This document shows, in pieces, positions 37,251-51,100 of a stretch of DNA of 64,000 bases; position 1 is the first letter of the stretch; each line of letters opens with the position of its first letter. The DNA comes from Macrostomum lignano (Eukaryota), in NCBI GenBank assembly GCA_002269645.1, contig NIVC01003878.1, positions 8,475 through 72,474 of the forward strand. Reading direction: 5' to 3'. The notes beneath the pieces are model-generated. The model was not told where the DNA came from. It made no database searches and was given only the letters and a program-made list of their open reading frames with translations. A program made the translations under genes and the position numbers.

Positions 37251-39884
37251 GGACCCAATGCCATTGAGCCTGTTGATCATTTATTTCACTAGAATAAAAC
37301 TTCAAGAGCTGGAAATTTAAAATCATCGAATTACTCGTAATTTAAGTTGTGAGCTGGCGGAAGTGAGTAGCAAGACTTTTGTGAGTAGCAGGACTTTAAT
37401 AAGAAATTAAAAATAATGATAACAATAGGATGATGAGTTTCGAGCTTGTGAAGATTTAAGGTTCCAAAAGGTTCTGTCTTTTGACAATGTACCTATGATT
37501 GGAGATATTGCCACACTCTAGCAACTTGCCAAACCTTGCTTCTAGTGACTTCTGGCTGCTTGGTGGATGATAGAAAAGGCCACATTACAGGGCATGACCT
37601 TTGTCACCAGCCAGTAAGTCAGAGGTGCCCTCAAGGAATTCAACACAAGTGTGTCCTAAAAGGTGCATGTTTAGTACAGTTGAGAAAAAAGAACTTTCTT
37701 GCCTTTTAATTATTTAATAATAGTTTTAAAGTTTCTCCACACATTTTCTAATTCTAAATAAACCTTGTATTATAAAATGTTATACATGAAAGTTTATTAT
37801 TATTTAGATATCATTAATTATGACTATTAAATTATATAGAATTTAGACTATTCCTAGGATATTAAGTAAAAAAATATTCAAAATAAATAGCCAACCTTTG
37901 GCAGATTAGAAATCCATAGGATCTAAAGTTCATTGACACATGGAGAAGGTTCTAGTGATAAACTTATATTAAAAAGGCCAAAAAGATTTTATTTGTATAA
38001 AAAAATTTCTTAAGAGAAAACAGAGATCTAATACTAATAGCTCCTACAGGGGTAGCTTAGGCCTATCTATCCCCTCAAATATGCCACTAGGACTGATAAC
38101 TTTCCATTAAGTATTTAAAAAATTGTCTAATCACAAAACTAAATAAAGAAAGATATAATTGGTTCTTATATTTTTAAACAATATAGTCAAATTGACAATA
38201 ATGGATAAATATATATTTGTAGCAGTAGTAGAAGTTGGCTTAGGCAAGGCACCTATTGGGCCAATAATGGGTTTGTGTATTAGTTTAGTTTAGTTTGGTT
38301 TAGTTTTAGGGGTAAACTTGGCTCTCTACTATGTCAACATAAATTAGAAAAGAATAAAAAGCCAAATTTATTTGAAAATTTTAAAATTGAGTGGACATTT
38401 AGATTTTGGGATATAAATGCTCGATTTTTCTATTATAAACATTTTGGAAAAAATAGGAAAAAATAAAAAATAACATAATCCTTCATCTAATCTAAATTCG
38501 CATAAAAGATCACTACAGTAAATTTTAGCGTAAAATATTAAATAAGCATGTCTACATCAGTAGCTAAAATTCTGAATATGAAAATAAACAAAAATTCTAT
38601 TCTATTCTTCATGACTAATTTTTATCAGAAATAAGACGCAAAGATGATAATAAACAGATAGAAAATTTATACACCAGAGCGAAATGAGGCAGTATATTAA
38701 TGAAGAATGTTTCATGTATGTTTCGGGTACACACGAGGTGTTGCTGCTCAGTATGCAGAACGAATTCTTGGAAAGCACGTTGCATCTAGAAAATTTGAAC
38801 TGTCTATATAATTCGATAAAACAAAATACACTAAAAGGTGTGTGAATTGATTAAAGTTTCTTAGCAGTGTTAACAGTTTAAGATTAAAGTATATGAGAAA
38901 TTCAGTAAAATAATACCATTTAATTATATTTACTTTTTCTCTAAAAGCTGCAAAGCTTTGAGCTGCAAGCTGATCATGGCGCACTGACAAGCAATTACAC
39001 CACTCAAATAACACTGAAGCTGTTAGTCCACCAAGACCGCAACAGAGGAAAATATAGCTGTCTTCTCTTCAGTCCTCTTGTATGAGCGTTCCTCATGAGA
39101 GTCAAGGGAGCCCATTTGGGTTGACTACTAGTTGATCAATGCACAAATTAATATTTGTGGTACTCCTCATGGTTAAATGCAATTAAAAGTTAAAACCTGG
39201 ATATTTATGTTTATGTAAATTGCGGATACATGCATAAAAGTTTACTACAGTCTAAAAGTCTGTGATTAACAATATTGTATCTTATTAAATCATCATCTAC
39301 TATAACTAGAGATTTTAGGTAGCCAGCGATTTTAAATCCGTAAATTCGGAATTCGAATCACGCGTGCTTAAACACGTGCTTAAAAATAAATTATGAAAAA
39401 GAAACTGATAATTAAGCTGCATCTGTAAGCTAGGCCACACGTATTCTGTATTTCTGTCCAAAAGATTGATGGATGACTTCAGTGCCGGTATTCATTCGTT
39501 CCTTTAAGCAAGACAAAAATTCAAATTTCTGCGACAAAAATTAGATGCGAAACTGGACAAACAGAATTTGTCTCATAAAAATACTAAATGCATATAAAAC
39601 TCCGACAAACAAAATTAGATAGCAGACTTGACCAAATTTTGTATTGACTGATGTGTTACATGCATATGCAAGATTCGCTTCCTAAGCTGAAATGTATGTT
39701 TTACCACGCAGAGCAAATCCTGCATCCTTATTTGAACTGCTAATGGACCACCATTTCTGAAATGTTTGCTGGCCCGAAAGACAATACAGAAAATCTACAA
39801 ATTCCATCGGGAAACTGCTAAAGCAAGACAAAATGCTGGCGGGAATTGTTAAGACAGACGGAAAATCTAACAGGATCGAACGCC

Positions 39885-40666
39885 ATGGACTTGATTACCG
39901 CAGTTCTGACTCTGTATGCCACGGCATTCTCGGCCCTAACGCTTGCAAACCTGTCTAGTTACGATAGAATCCAAGGACGCCTATGCATTGCCGCCGACTT
40001 TAAGCGGCCGTTGCCGAATTGCTCGTCCAAGCTCAAGTGCGCCGCGGTTTGCTCATCCAAGCCGGTCTGCCGAGCTTTCACTTTCGATCCGGACAGCTCG
40101 CTCTGCGTCCACTACGCGTTCGACAAGTGCAGCAAAAATGTGGCGCAGAGCTGCAACACCAGCTGCCCGACTGTTGGGACAGTCTTCATCAAGAAGCTGA
40201 CCGGACTGCCACCGGGCCAACTGTGCCCCGGAGGCTACGAGAACCATCGGTGCGGAGTTCGCTACCGGATCTACGAAGTTACAGACGGAAGCTGGGAGAC
40301 CGGGCGAAGCATCTGCGACTCGGAGGCCGGCCTCGTCACCATGGCTGACATCGCGGACATCAGCGAAAAGGCGCACTTGGTGTCAGTTCTGAATGGCACC
40401 GATAAAAAACTAGGATTCGTGTCCGGACTGAAAAAAACCCGGAGTGTCGGACCCTGCTAAAGGATGGTCTTGGGCCAACTGCAATACCAGCTTCGTCTCC
40501 GGCCTTTGGGCTTTGAATCGTTCTTTCAGAACCGAATGGAGGAATCGACGAACCGTTTACTGGCCTCACGGCGTCGGGCCTGGCTGATCTGCCAAGAAAC
40601 ATAACCCCCTACAATTTTTTGACACCCACCGGAGTGATCTGTAAGTGCGTGTCTCCGTTCGATTAG
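39885..40666 (+). CDS. Secreted PAN/Apple plus C-type lectin domain protein; two +1 frameshifts in this sequence (pseudogene or assembly error)
   Basis: Signal peptide MDLITAVLTLYATAFSALTLA; PAN-like CAAVCSSKPVCRAFTFDPDSSLC; CTLD start CPGGY...SWETGRSICDSEAGLVTMADI. The frame shifts at the A7 run 40431-40437 to GVSDPAKGWSWAN...LWA, then near 40524-40526 to SEPNGGIDEP...LADLP...VICKC and stops at 40664-40666. Confidence 0.8.
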
Positions 40667-41132
40667 AAGCTTGGAACTGCCGAGTCTCAATTGAGGATGC
40701 CTTAATCCAGTTTCTTGAAAAATCTTGATGAAATCTTTTGAAAAGAATATCTACTTTAGAGAATAAAGTTAATCAGAATCATGCTGCATCCTAAAATATT
40801 CATAAATTATGAATAAATAATAATTAGAATTCTTCTTTATTTTAACAATGCAAGCATCGCAAGAACGAATTTAAGGAATTCAACCGACAGGCCATATCAA
40901 CTGACGGAGCATTTTGTCTGCTTCCAAAAAAGCTGTCACGGTTTTTGTGCCCGATAAAGTGAAAGTTGCTAAATCGTTTAGTGTTAATATTGCGCAGATC
41001 TTTAAAGATTTTGTGTGCAATAATGTTTGCTGATCTTAGGGCGTATGCATTAACATTGATAATGAAGAAGCTTTCTATGAGATCGAGAAGCAATATAATA
41101 TTAATAATAATAATACTGGAGTATCCGACAGA

Positions 41133-41488
<356 letters not shown>

Positions 41489-42122
41489 TCAGGATCCTTT
41501 ACCTGGTACTCTATGTCTTTTATAGTTGTAACCTACTTAGCATCTATAAATAAAAGAAAATAAAAGTAAAACGCAAATTATTCAACTTTAACCAAGACGC
41601 TCGTACGCTACTGAGTAGTATATATGTATAATAACACTATAAAATAAAATAGAATTATTTATACAATAAACAAAAAATGTGACCTCCAGCCAGTGGAAGG
41701 TTTATTAAAAAAACAGAATGATCTAACATAAGAATACAAGCCTTACTATCATAGCTCGAATAACTTGCGAAGGATAAGCAAAACATTAAAATGTTTAAAA
41801 TGAATTGAGGGTTAAACTCACATGGAGACAAGTTTAGGACTGCGGTGATAAACAAGAATATCCTTGACCTAAAATAAACTCGAAACGGCTCCGATCGAAA
41901 ATTTAATAGTCAAAGCAAAAAAGCTCGAAGAAGAAGACTTCGAGAATATGAAAATGATTCAAATATCACCTAGAAATAAAATATTGTTTATCTTGTGTTA
42001 ATACTAAATTGTGAGGTGTGACATTACCAAATGAACCAAATACATTACAGAATAAGCAGGTATCCATAATTATATCCGTAAAATATTCATAATGATAAAA
42101 TCTATGCAAAAAAGAGAATTTT

Positions 42123-42128
42123 TTTATT
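42123..42128 (-). terminator. Candidate polyadenylation signal (AATAAA) of the ANKRD26-like gene
   Basis: AATAAA on the - strand about 50 nt downstream of the TAA at 42178-42180. Confidence 0.5.
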
Positions 42129-42177
42129 TCCGCACTTTGATACTTCTAGTAGCATGTTGAAGGAAAACAAATAAGTG

Positions 42178-45100
42178 TTAAACGTGGTATTTCTTCTTCA
42201 AGAAATCAAGATAGTTCGGGTCGCTTTCAGCTACCGTTCGACTGAGGTTGACCGTGGATCGGGTCTTCGATACGAACATCCGGGATGCGTTGTCTGCGGG
42301 GGAGGGCGGATGTTCACGCGATTAGCGACGCCCCCGAGCAAATCCCCACTTGCCATTCCCCACTTGCCATTTCCCACTTGCCATTCCCCAACCGCACCAG
42401 TGCCACTCCACACAGACTCACCAGACTCCAGATGCTTTGAGATGCTCCTGTCCAGTTCCGACCGAAGTCGCTGCTGCAACAGCGGATCCGGGCTGGACAA
42501 AGACTGATTAGAAGAGTACATGTTGTACTGCTGCTGGTGCTGCGGCTGCATCAGCGGCTGCTGGAAGCTGAACTGCGACACACCGGACGCCAGCCGGTGC
42601 CGCTCCCTGTCCAGACTGAGCGCGGCAGCCGTCTGCGCCTCCGTGTTGTTGAGCCGTTCGAGCTCCTCGGTGAGCTTCTGCCTGACTCGCTTCTCCTGGT
42701 CGTACAGCTGGCGGTAGTGCTGGCAGTCGCTGGACAGCCGGTCCCGCTCGGCCGACATGTCCAGACAGGTCCGGCGCAGGTCGTCTACGCTCATCTGCGA
42801 ATTGTTATTTTTTGTTATTGTTTTAAAATAAGTTTGAGATACTCTACTTATTAATAATCGATAGTAGTATGATGCGGAAAGCTATAGAAATCGCCGGTGT
42901 GTCAAAAGAAACAGAAAAAATGCAAAGCAGACAGACGTAAAAGTTTAGCAAAATTCTAGAGAAAAACAAGAAAAAAATTAGATACTACTTTTCCGCACAC
43001 AATAGTAGTGTGATAGTATATAAAAGCACATAATATTAAAAATAAAAACGTTAATGGTGGAGAAAACTTCTAGGCAAACTTGAGAAAAGCAGAATCTACA
43101 ACATCCAGCTCTACAAAGGTGACAGTCCAAACGCTAGGGTGAGAGCAATAAAATAAAGTAGGTCCATCAGTCCGCCACTCTGTCCATCAGGCTGTCCAGA
43201 CTCTCGACAGCTACCTGCAATCGTTCGGCATCTTCGCGCAGCTTTCGCTCGACCTCGTCGCGCCTGGCATCAACCTCGTCACGAACCCGCTGCTGTCCGG
43301 CCAGGTGGTCGTTCATCTGGCCGAGCCGCTGGTTCAGTTCGTCCCTAGCCCGGTGTTCCACGTCCTCCTTGTACTTGGCCAGCTCGCATTTCGCCACAAA
43401 GTTGGCTTTAATGTAGGCCTGCGAAATTTGGATCAGAGTTTGCGGTTTACGATAAATCTTCTCGGTTTCTATGGCTCTTCAACTTTGGACTTCTAAGTCC
43501 CCAGTTTCGTCATTGGCGCCCTATCATTCAATCACTCAGCACTTTTGTTAAACCCCATTGGTGATTTTATCCAGTCGATGACGTCTCATCTAAATGACGT
43601 CACTTTTTGATGACGTAACACCTAAACAACGTCACACCTAAACGATGTTACCTTTCGATGACGTCTCACCCAAATGACGTCCCTTTTTGATGAAGTAACA
43701 CCTAAACGACGTCACCCCTCGACAACATCACTCCAAAATAAAATCCACCACCAATAATTTCCCCTCTATGGCGTCACTCCTCGTTGGCATCAACCCTGGA
43801 TTACCATTGGTATATCGTACAAAAAATGCACAAACAATTGAATCACGTCACCCTTTGATGACGTCGCTCATACAGTATATAAACACTTAACACCTCCATT
43901 TCGAGTACATCATACGCACGATGACGGCAAATAAATCCATTATACTAAAAATGGTTTGGCGGTATCTATCTGTCTATGTGATCGATTAGAGAAAATGATA
44001 CTCTAAAGTAGCTATCAACTAACCTTGTAATCGGTAAGCTCTGCTTCAGCCCGATCCTTCTGCTCCTCCAGCTTGGCTAGAGCCTCTTCCAGACTGCGCA
44101 CGGCCATCAGGTCGCCTTGTAGGCTTCGATTCTCAGCTTCCAGTCTGTCCTGATTGGTGTCCTGCAGTGCCAGCCGGCTCTGCAGCAGCTGCACCCGACT
44201 GCGCACAGTCGCCAGAGCGTCGTCCATCGCCCGACGCTCGGAGTCGAAGTCGGCCAAACCGAGCTCCTTAGTCCGCCGGCGCTGCTGCTTCAAGCTGCCG
44301 CGTAGGGCGGTCAGTTCTGTCTCGAAGTCGCCATAACTGTCAGTGTAGCAATTAATGAGCTTGAGAAATGCGCCAATCAATCAGCGCTCAAGTGAGGTAT
44401 GAGAGGAAGAATGAGGTTGGAGGCATGATGATTGCAATCTTAAAAGCTCCAACCAATCAGCGCTCGGGGAAGGTATGAGAGGAAGAATAGGGTGGGGCAT
44501 GGGGATGACAGTCTAAAAAGGTGCCGGCCAACCAGCAAGTGAGTGGGAGACAAGAGGAAGGGGAGAATGGGGTGAGAGTATTGACTGCGAGAAAACCCCC
44601 TTCCAGCAAATCAGCGTACGATTGGGGGACGAGACGAAGAAGAGAATGGGGTGGGGCGCACGGACTGCGAGTAGAAAACCTTCCAGCCAATCAGCGCGCG
44701 AGTGAGTGACGAGAAGAATAGAATGAATGGGTCGGGCGCGTTAGAAACTGTGGGTTTCTAGTTTGCAATTCGACCTTACGAGTAATTATTTGAACTCTGA
44801 CTCACCGACGCTCATAATCCTTGACTTTGCTTTCCAACTGCTTTCGGCCGAGCTCGCTCTTCTGCCAGGTAAGTCGCTCTTCTTCTACTCGAAATGCTAG
44901 TTCCTCTTTAGCCTTCTCTAGCTGAGATACCTGTTTTTTAATAATTCAAAGGAACGATATTATATAAAATCAAATGGTTTCAGAAACAAGCAGATATCAA
45001 AGCAGCAAGCCTCACCCTGAGATTGAGCTTTGACATGGTTTTCCTGTCCGACTCGCTGGTCTCCTTCAGCTGCTCAAGCGCGTTCTCAGCCTCCTTTCGG

Positions 45101-48100
45101 GCCTTCTCCTCAGCCTGGTTGATCAATCGATTCATATGCTTGATTTGTTTTTTTATAATCGCATGTCCTTTGCTTAGCAGTAGAATAGCTTGTCAGTGTT
45201 CCAAGTGAGCTGCTACTCACAGTAGGCAAAGTGCGCAATTTAGTGTAAAAAAATCGAAAATTAAAAATGCTTGAAAATATGTGATTCAACAAAGGTGAGA
45301 AGCCGGAAGAAATTTTGACGCTTTGCTTGAAATTCACGCCAATGTTTCAGCTCAGTGAAGCTTACAACATTTATCATCAGAAATTAAATTAATTTTGTAC
45401 AGAATTAAAAATCAAAATATGCACACAGACTCGTTGAGTACCTTCAGCTTATCGAGCAGCTCAGCTTTTGCTCGCTGACATTTGCCAAAATCTTCTTTCG
45501 CTTCTCTGACCGTCTGGTATTTCCAGAATGAAAAAAATAATATAGCAAAATAGAAAAAGCGCAGACTGTTTTTAAAGAACAAAAGTATTTGTTAAAAATG
45601 GTAAAATAGGCATGCAATAGGAAGACAGGCAAAAGCTTAGAATTGGAAATAAGATCTACTTTCTGCAGGCAGGTGCCAGCTGAGGCATGGAGGGCCATAA
45701 GAACAGTTTTTTAAACATGCGTTTCCATGGAAACCATACCAGAGAGAAATCATTAGCTGGAAATTATTGGAATATTGTGTGATTGGTTTTGAATTCTATT
45801 AATTATTTAATGAGTTAAAAATTCATCTAAGCTGCCATTTCTGCAATACCTCATTTAACGAGTCCAGTTCCCGGGTCAGGCCTCGGACCTTTCTCTGCTC
45901 AAAGTCCAGCGACATCTCCAGTTTCACGTTGCGAACCTCCTGGTGACGAATTCGCTCCTCGTATTCATCCTGTGACAGTTTGGATAGGAATATTGTCTCT
46001 TTCACCCTATTCACAGTCAATTCTACCGAATTCGCAGTCTATTCTACCATTCACAGTCTGTTCTACCCCATTCACAGTCTTTTCTACCCGATTCACAGTC
46101 TATTCTACCCGATTCACAGTCTATTCTACTCCATTCACAGTCTATTCTACCCGATTCAGTCTACTCTACTCCATTCACAGTCTGTTCTACCCCATTCACA
46201 GTCTGTTCTACCCCATTCACAGTCTGTTCTACCCCATTCACAGTCTGTTCTACCCCATTCACAGTCTATTCTACGCCATTCACAGTCTATTCTACGCCAT
46301 TCACAGTCTATTCTACCCGATTCACATTATTCTACCCCATTCACAGTCTGTTTTACCCGATTTACAGTCTATTCTACCCGATTCACAGTTTCTTCTACCC
46401 CATTCACAGTCTATTCTACCCGATTCACAGTCTATTCTACCCGATACAGTCTGTTCTACCCCATTCACAGTCTGTTCTACCCCATTCACAGTCTATTCTA
46501 CGCCATTCACAGTCTGTTCTACCCCATTCACAGTCTATTCTACCCCATTCACAGTCTTTTCTACCCCATTCACAGTCATCTATTCTTCCCAATGTAAACG
46601 TCTAGTTTAACCGTGACTTATGATATTTTGCCATTGGACTTCATGATACGGGTTGAGCCTCAATTCTCACAGCTCTCCATGACGTCATCTTCCCGTTGCC
46701 GGATCCGTGAGACGCGCCGGCAGCCGCCGCAGCCTCGTCATCGGCGCCAGCAGCAGCAGCGGCAGCAGACGAGGCCCGCTGTCGAAAGCCGGCGCCACCG
46801 GATCGCAGCGCGGAAATCTCCTCTTTCAGAGAGACGATCTCCGCCCTGAGTCCGGTCACCTCGGTTTTAAGCGACCCGGCCTCGTACTGCAGGCCGATCT
46901 TCTCCTTCTCCAGCTCAACTTTTGTCTGCGTTTAAATTTTTGTGTTTTTCGTTTTAATGACTTTAAATAAAATTACGGCGGCGATTTAAACTGCTTGTGA
47001 AGCTTCTTTACTATACAAAGTGCGGTGGTGTGAGAGTTGCGAATTTAGAAAAAAAACAAAACAACGCACATTCTCTGGCGATCCTTAATGTACATTCTCT
47101 GGCGAGCCCCAATGTACATTTTCTGGCGAGCCCCAATGTACATTCTCTGGCGAGCCCCAATGTACATTCTCTGGCGAGCGCCAATGTACATTCTCTGGCG
47201 AGCGCGAATGTACATTCTCTGGCGAGCCCCAATGTACATTCTCTGGCGAGCGCCAATGTACATTCTCTGGCGAGCCCCAATGTACATTCTCTGGCGAGCG
47301 CCAATGTACATTCTCTGGCGAGCCCCAATGTACATTCTCTGGCGAGCCCCAATGTGCATTCTCTAGCGAGCGCCAATGTACATTCTCTGGCGAGCCCCAA
47401 TGTACATTCTCTGGCGAGCCCCAATGTACATTCTCTGGCGAGCCCCAATGTACATTCTGGCTATGCACTAAAACACACTATAACAGTTTTGGTTGAACCG
47501 TAGGTCATGTGGGACATGAACAGAACATTAAGGACACACTATAAGACGCACACTAAGACACACTAGGACAGACACTTTAACAGCACAAGCATTAAAGCAG
47601 CTGCTAAAACATATGTTCTGTCCAGCTACTTCTAGCAGTGACCAGGACACACCATTAAGACAAAAAACTTTCGCTTTAGGCTTAGCAAAGGTGCAGCTCA
47701 TGTTGGTGCTCAAAAACTTCAACGCTCAATGGAAAAACGAGCAGCCAATTCAAACAGTGCAGTGCTTCGAGGTGAGACAGCAATCTAAAGACTAAACGAG
47801 AACCTCTTTAGCGCAGGCCAGGTCTGCCTCAGCCTGGCTGAGCTTGCGCATCAGTCCGGCCTGCTCGTGACGCAGGCTGAGCAGCTCCGCTTGCTGTTTC
47901 TCGCTGCGCTGCTCGCTAGCCCGAAGGTCGCTACGGGTCTGGGCGAGCTCGCCCGCCAGACAGCCCTGGTTGCGCTCCAGGCTGGTGCGGGTCTTACGGC
48001 AATTGAGGGAGTAAGCTAAGGCTTTGATCATTCTAGTCCGACTAGATCCCAGATCCTAGATCCCAGATCCTAGATCCCAGATCCTAGATCCCAGATCCTA

Positions 48101-51100
48101 GATCCCAGATCCTAGATCCCAGATCCTAGATCCCAGATCCTAGATCCCAGATCCTAGATCCCAGATCCTAGATCCCAGATCCTAGATCCCAGATCCTAGA
48201 TCCCAGATCCTAGATCCCAGATCCTAGATCCCAGATCCTAGATCCCAGATCCTAGATCCCAGATCCTAGATCCCAGATCCTAGATCCCAGATCCTAGATC
48301 CCAGATCCTAGATCCCAGATCCTAGATCCCAGATCCTAGATCCCAGATCCTAGATCCCAGATCCTAGATCCCAGATCCTAGATCCCAGATCCTAGATCCC
48401 AGATCCTAGATCCCAGATCCTAGATCCCAGATCCTAGATCCCAGATCCTAGATCCCAGATCCTAGATCCCAGATCCTAGATCCCAGATCCTAGATCCCAG
48501 ATCCTAGATCCCAGATCCTAGATCCCAGATCCTAGATCCCAGATCCTAGATCCCAGATCCTAGATCCCAGATCCTAGATCCCAGATCCTAGATCCCAGAT
48601 CCTAGATCCCAGATCCTAGATCCCAGATCCTAGATCCCAGATCCTAGATCCCAGATCCTAGATCCCAGATCCTAGATTGAATTAGATCTTAGATTCTTTT
48701 CTCCATACCTTAAGATCCCACACCTGAGATCCCCCTACCTTGTCAAAGTCGTCCCTGTATCCGTTGAGAATGTCGCACAGGCGCTGCTGCAGCTGGCTCT
48801 CCTTCTCGTCTCCCTTGCTGGCCGCTGCCGCCAGCCTCTGCAGCTGGTCGCGCAAATCCGCGTTGGCCTGTTCGGCCCCGGCCAGCCGGCCCTCGGCCGA
48901 GGCCAGCGCAGCTTCGGTCTCGCGCAATTTGCGCGTCTCCGCGCGGGCTTCGCGCAATTCGGCCTGGCTGGCCGCCAGCTCAGAGCGGAACCGACGCGAC
49001 TCAGCGCTGGCCTCCTTGGCGGCGTCCAGGGCGCGATGGAGCTCCTCCTGGGGGGGCAGTTGGGGTGACCCCAGGTTCGATTCCGTGCTCGGCCACATTC
49101 ATTAGGGGCTCGTGTGCCATAAGGGCCAACTCCCAAGGCACAGAGACTGTACATGCCTGACAAATCAGAAAGTCAGGACCGCTGTGCACCCTGTGTGAGC
49201 GTGTGTGCGAGTGCGGACCTGTGTACAGTATTGGCGTGATTGTATGTGCTCAGGAGCCAGTAGGGAGACCCAAGTAGACCCTGAGCACACCAACGAGTAA
49301 CTTAGCGCATCTCTCATTGGCTGGCATTTTCTGCATTTAAATCTTCTGTTTTTTGTAACAAAAACTTTTAAAAAAATTATGGCATCGATTTAAACAGCTT
49401 TCGGGCCTTTTTTACTATTAACAAAGTGCGGTGGTGTGAGAGTTGCGAATTTAAACAATACGCTCGTACAGAACAATGTACATTTTCTGTCGAGTCCCAA
49501 TGTACATTCTCTGGCGAGCCCCAATGTACATTCTCTGGCGAGCCCCAATGTACATTCTCTGGCGAGCCCCAATGTACATTCTCTGGCGAGCCCCAATGTA
49601 CATTCTCTGGCGAGCCCCAATGTACATTCTCTAGCGAGCCCCAATGTACATTCTCTGGCGAGCCCCAATGTATATTCTCTGGCGAGCGCCAATGTACATT
49701 CTCTGGCGAGCTCCAATGTACCGAAAGCCACTAACCTGACTGGCTGCCGACTTTGCCCGCTCCGCCGCCAGCTGCTCCTCCAAGCGCACGGCCGCCTCCT
49801 TGGCCTGGTGCAGCTGGCCGGCCAGATCGGCCGCCTGCTTGTCCCCCTGTCCGGCAGACTCGGTCAGCGCGGCCAGGCGCGCCTGCAGCTGCCCGGCCTC
49901 CGCGCGCTCCGCTTCCGCGCGCTGGCGCTGCTCCAACGCATCGGCCCGCGCTGCCTCCAGGCTGAGCGCCATCTTCGCCAGCGCCTCCCGGGACGCCGCC
50001 TCCGCCTCGGCCGCCTGGCCCTCCAGCTGGGCGCGCTCGTCCAACCAGCGCGTCTCCTGTGCGCGCATCCGGCCGCGCAGGGTTTCCACTTCGGCTCGGA
50101 AGTCTGCGGCCTCGCGCTCGGCAACGTCGGCGCGACGGCGACTCGCCTCGACCTCGGCCGTCAATCCTTCGGTGTCGGCGTCGTCTTCGACTCTGTCGGC
50201 TGTGCTGCGCCGCTCCGTCGCCGCTGCCGCCGCCGCCGCCACCGCCTGCCGCTCGGTCTCCAAGGCATCGCGCGCCTGCGCCAGATCAGCCTCGGCGGCG
50301 CGCAGTCTGGCGAGCGCCGAGTCCCGCTCGGTGTGCAGCGCCTCCGCCTCGGCCCGGGCGTCCTCGCGGGCTCGCGCCTCCGCTCTGGCGGCCTCCCGCT
50401 GCTCGTCGAGCTTCTCAGCCAGGGCGGCGCGTCGGTCAGCCTCGGACTGGAGGTTCTCCTCGGCGTCGCTGAGTCGCCGCGCCAACTCCGCGAGCTCCTC
50501 GGCGAGGCGCTGGCGCTCAGCTTCAGAGCGCGAGCAGTCGGCGCGGCTGGCGGCCAGCTGCCTGGAGAAGTCGTCGAGCTGCGCCTGCAAGCGGGCGACC
50601 TCCATCGGCACCGGCGGCAACGAGCCGTCTTCGTCGTCATCGTCGGACAGCGAGGAGTTGCCGGTTTTGGCGGCGGCAACTGCGGCGACTGGTGGCGGTC
50701 TGGAAGGTCAGCAGTTTTGAGGGGTGGTCATAAAAGTGCAGTGCCGCCGCATCGTACTTCAGTACAACCTTGTTTATTAACTTGTAAAAAATATTTTCCT
50801 TATATTTCTACTATTAGTAGAGTATCGAAGAAACGTTACTTATAAAAACATTTATACATAAACTATTCTCCTATTGTTACTGTTAGTAGAGTATCGAGAA
50901 AGTGTTAACTATAGTTTTTTAAAATGTCGATTAAAAGTAAAAGCACACTGGAGCGGGTCAGAGCTCGTAAAGGTCTACAACAGCAGCTCACGTTTCGGAC
51001 AGCTGGTTCTCCTGCAGCATGGCCGCGATCACCGTGTCTGCGCCCTCTTTTCTTTGGGAATCGAAACTGAAATTTATAAATTTTGGGTCAGTTATAAATC

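Noticed and set aside
42231-42421. ORF-track C-terminus ...GNGKWGMASG...STSVER* for the ANKRD26-like gene
   Set aside because: A GTGAGT donor at 42421 and an acceptor before 42293 give the family-typical ending NYLDFLKKKYHV*; the ORF-track tail is intron read-through.
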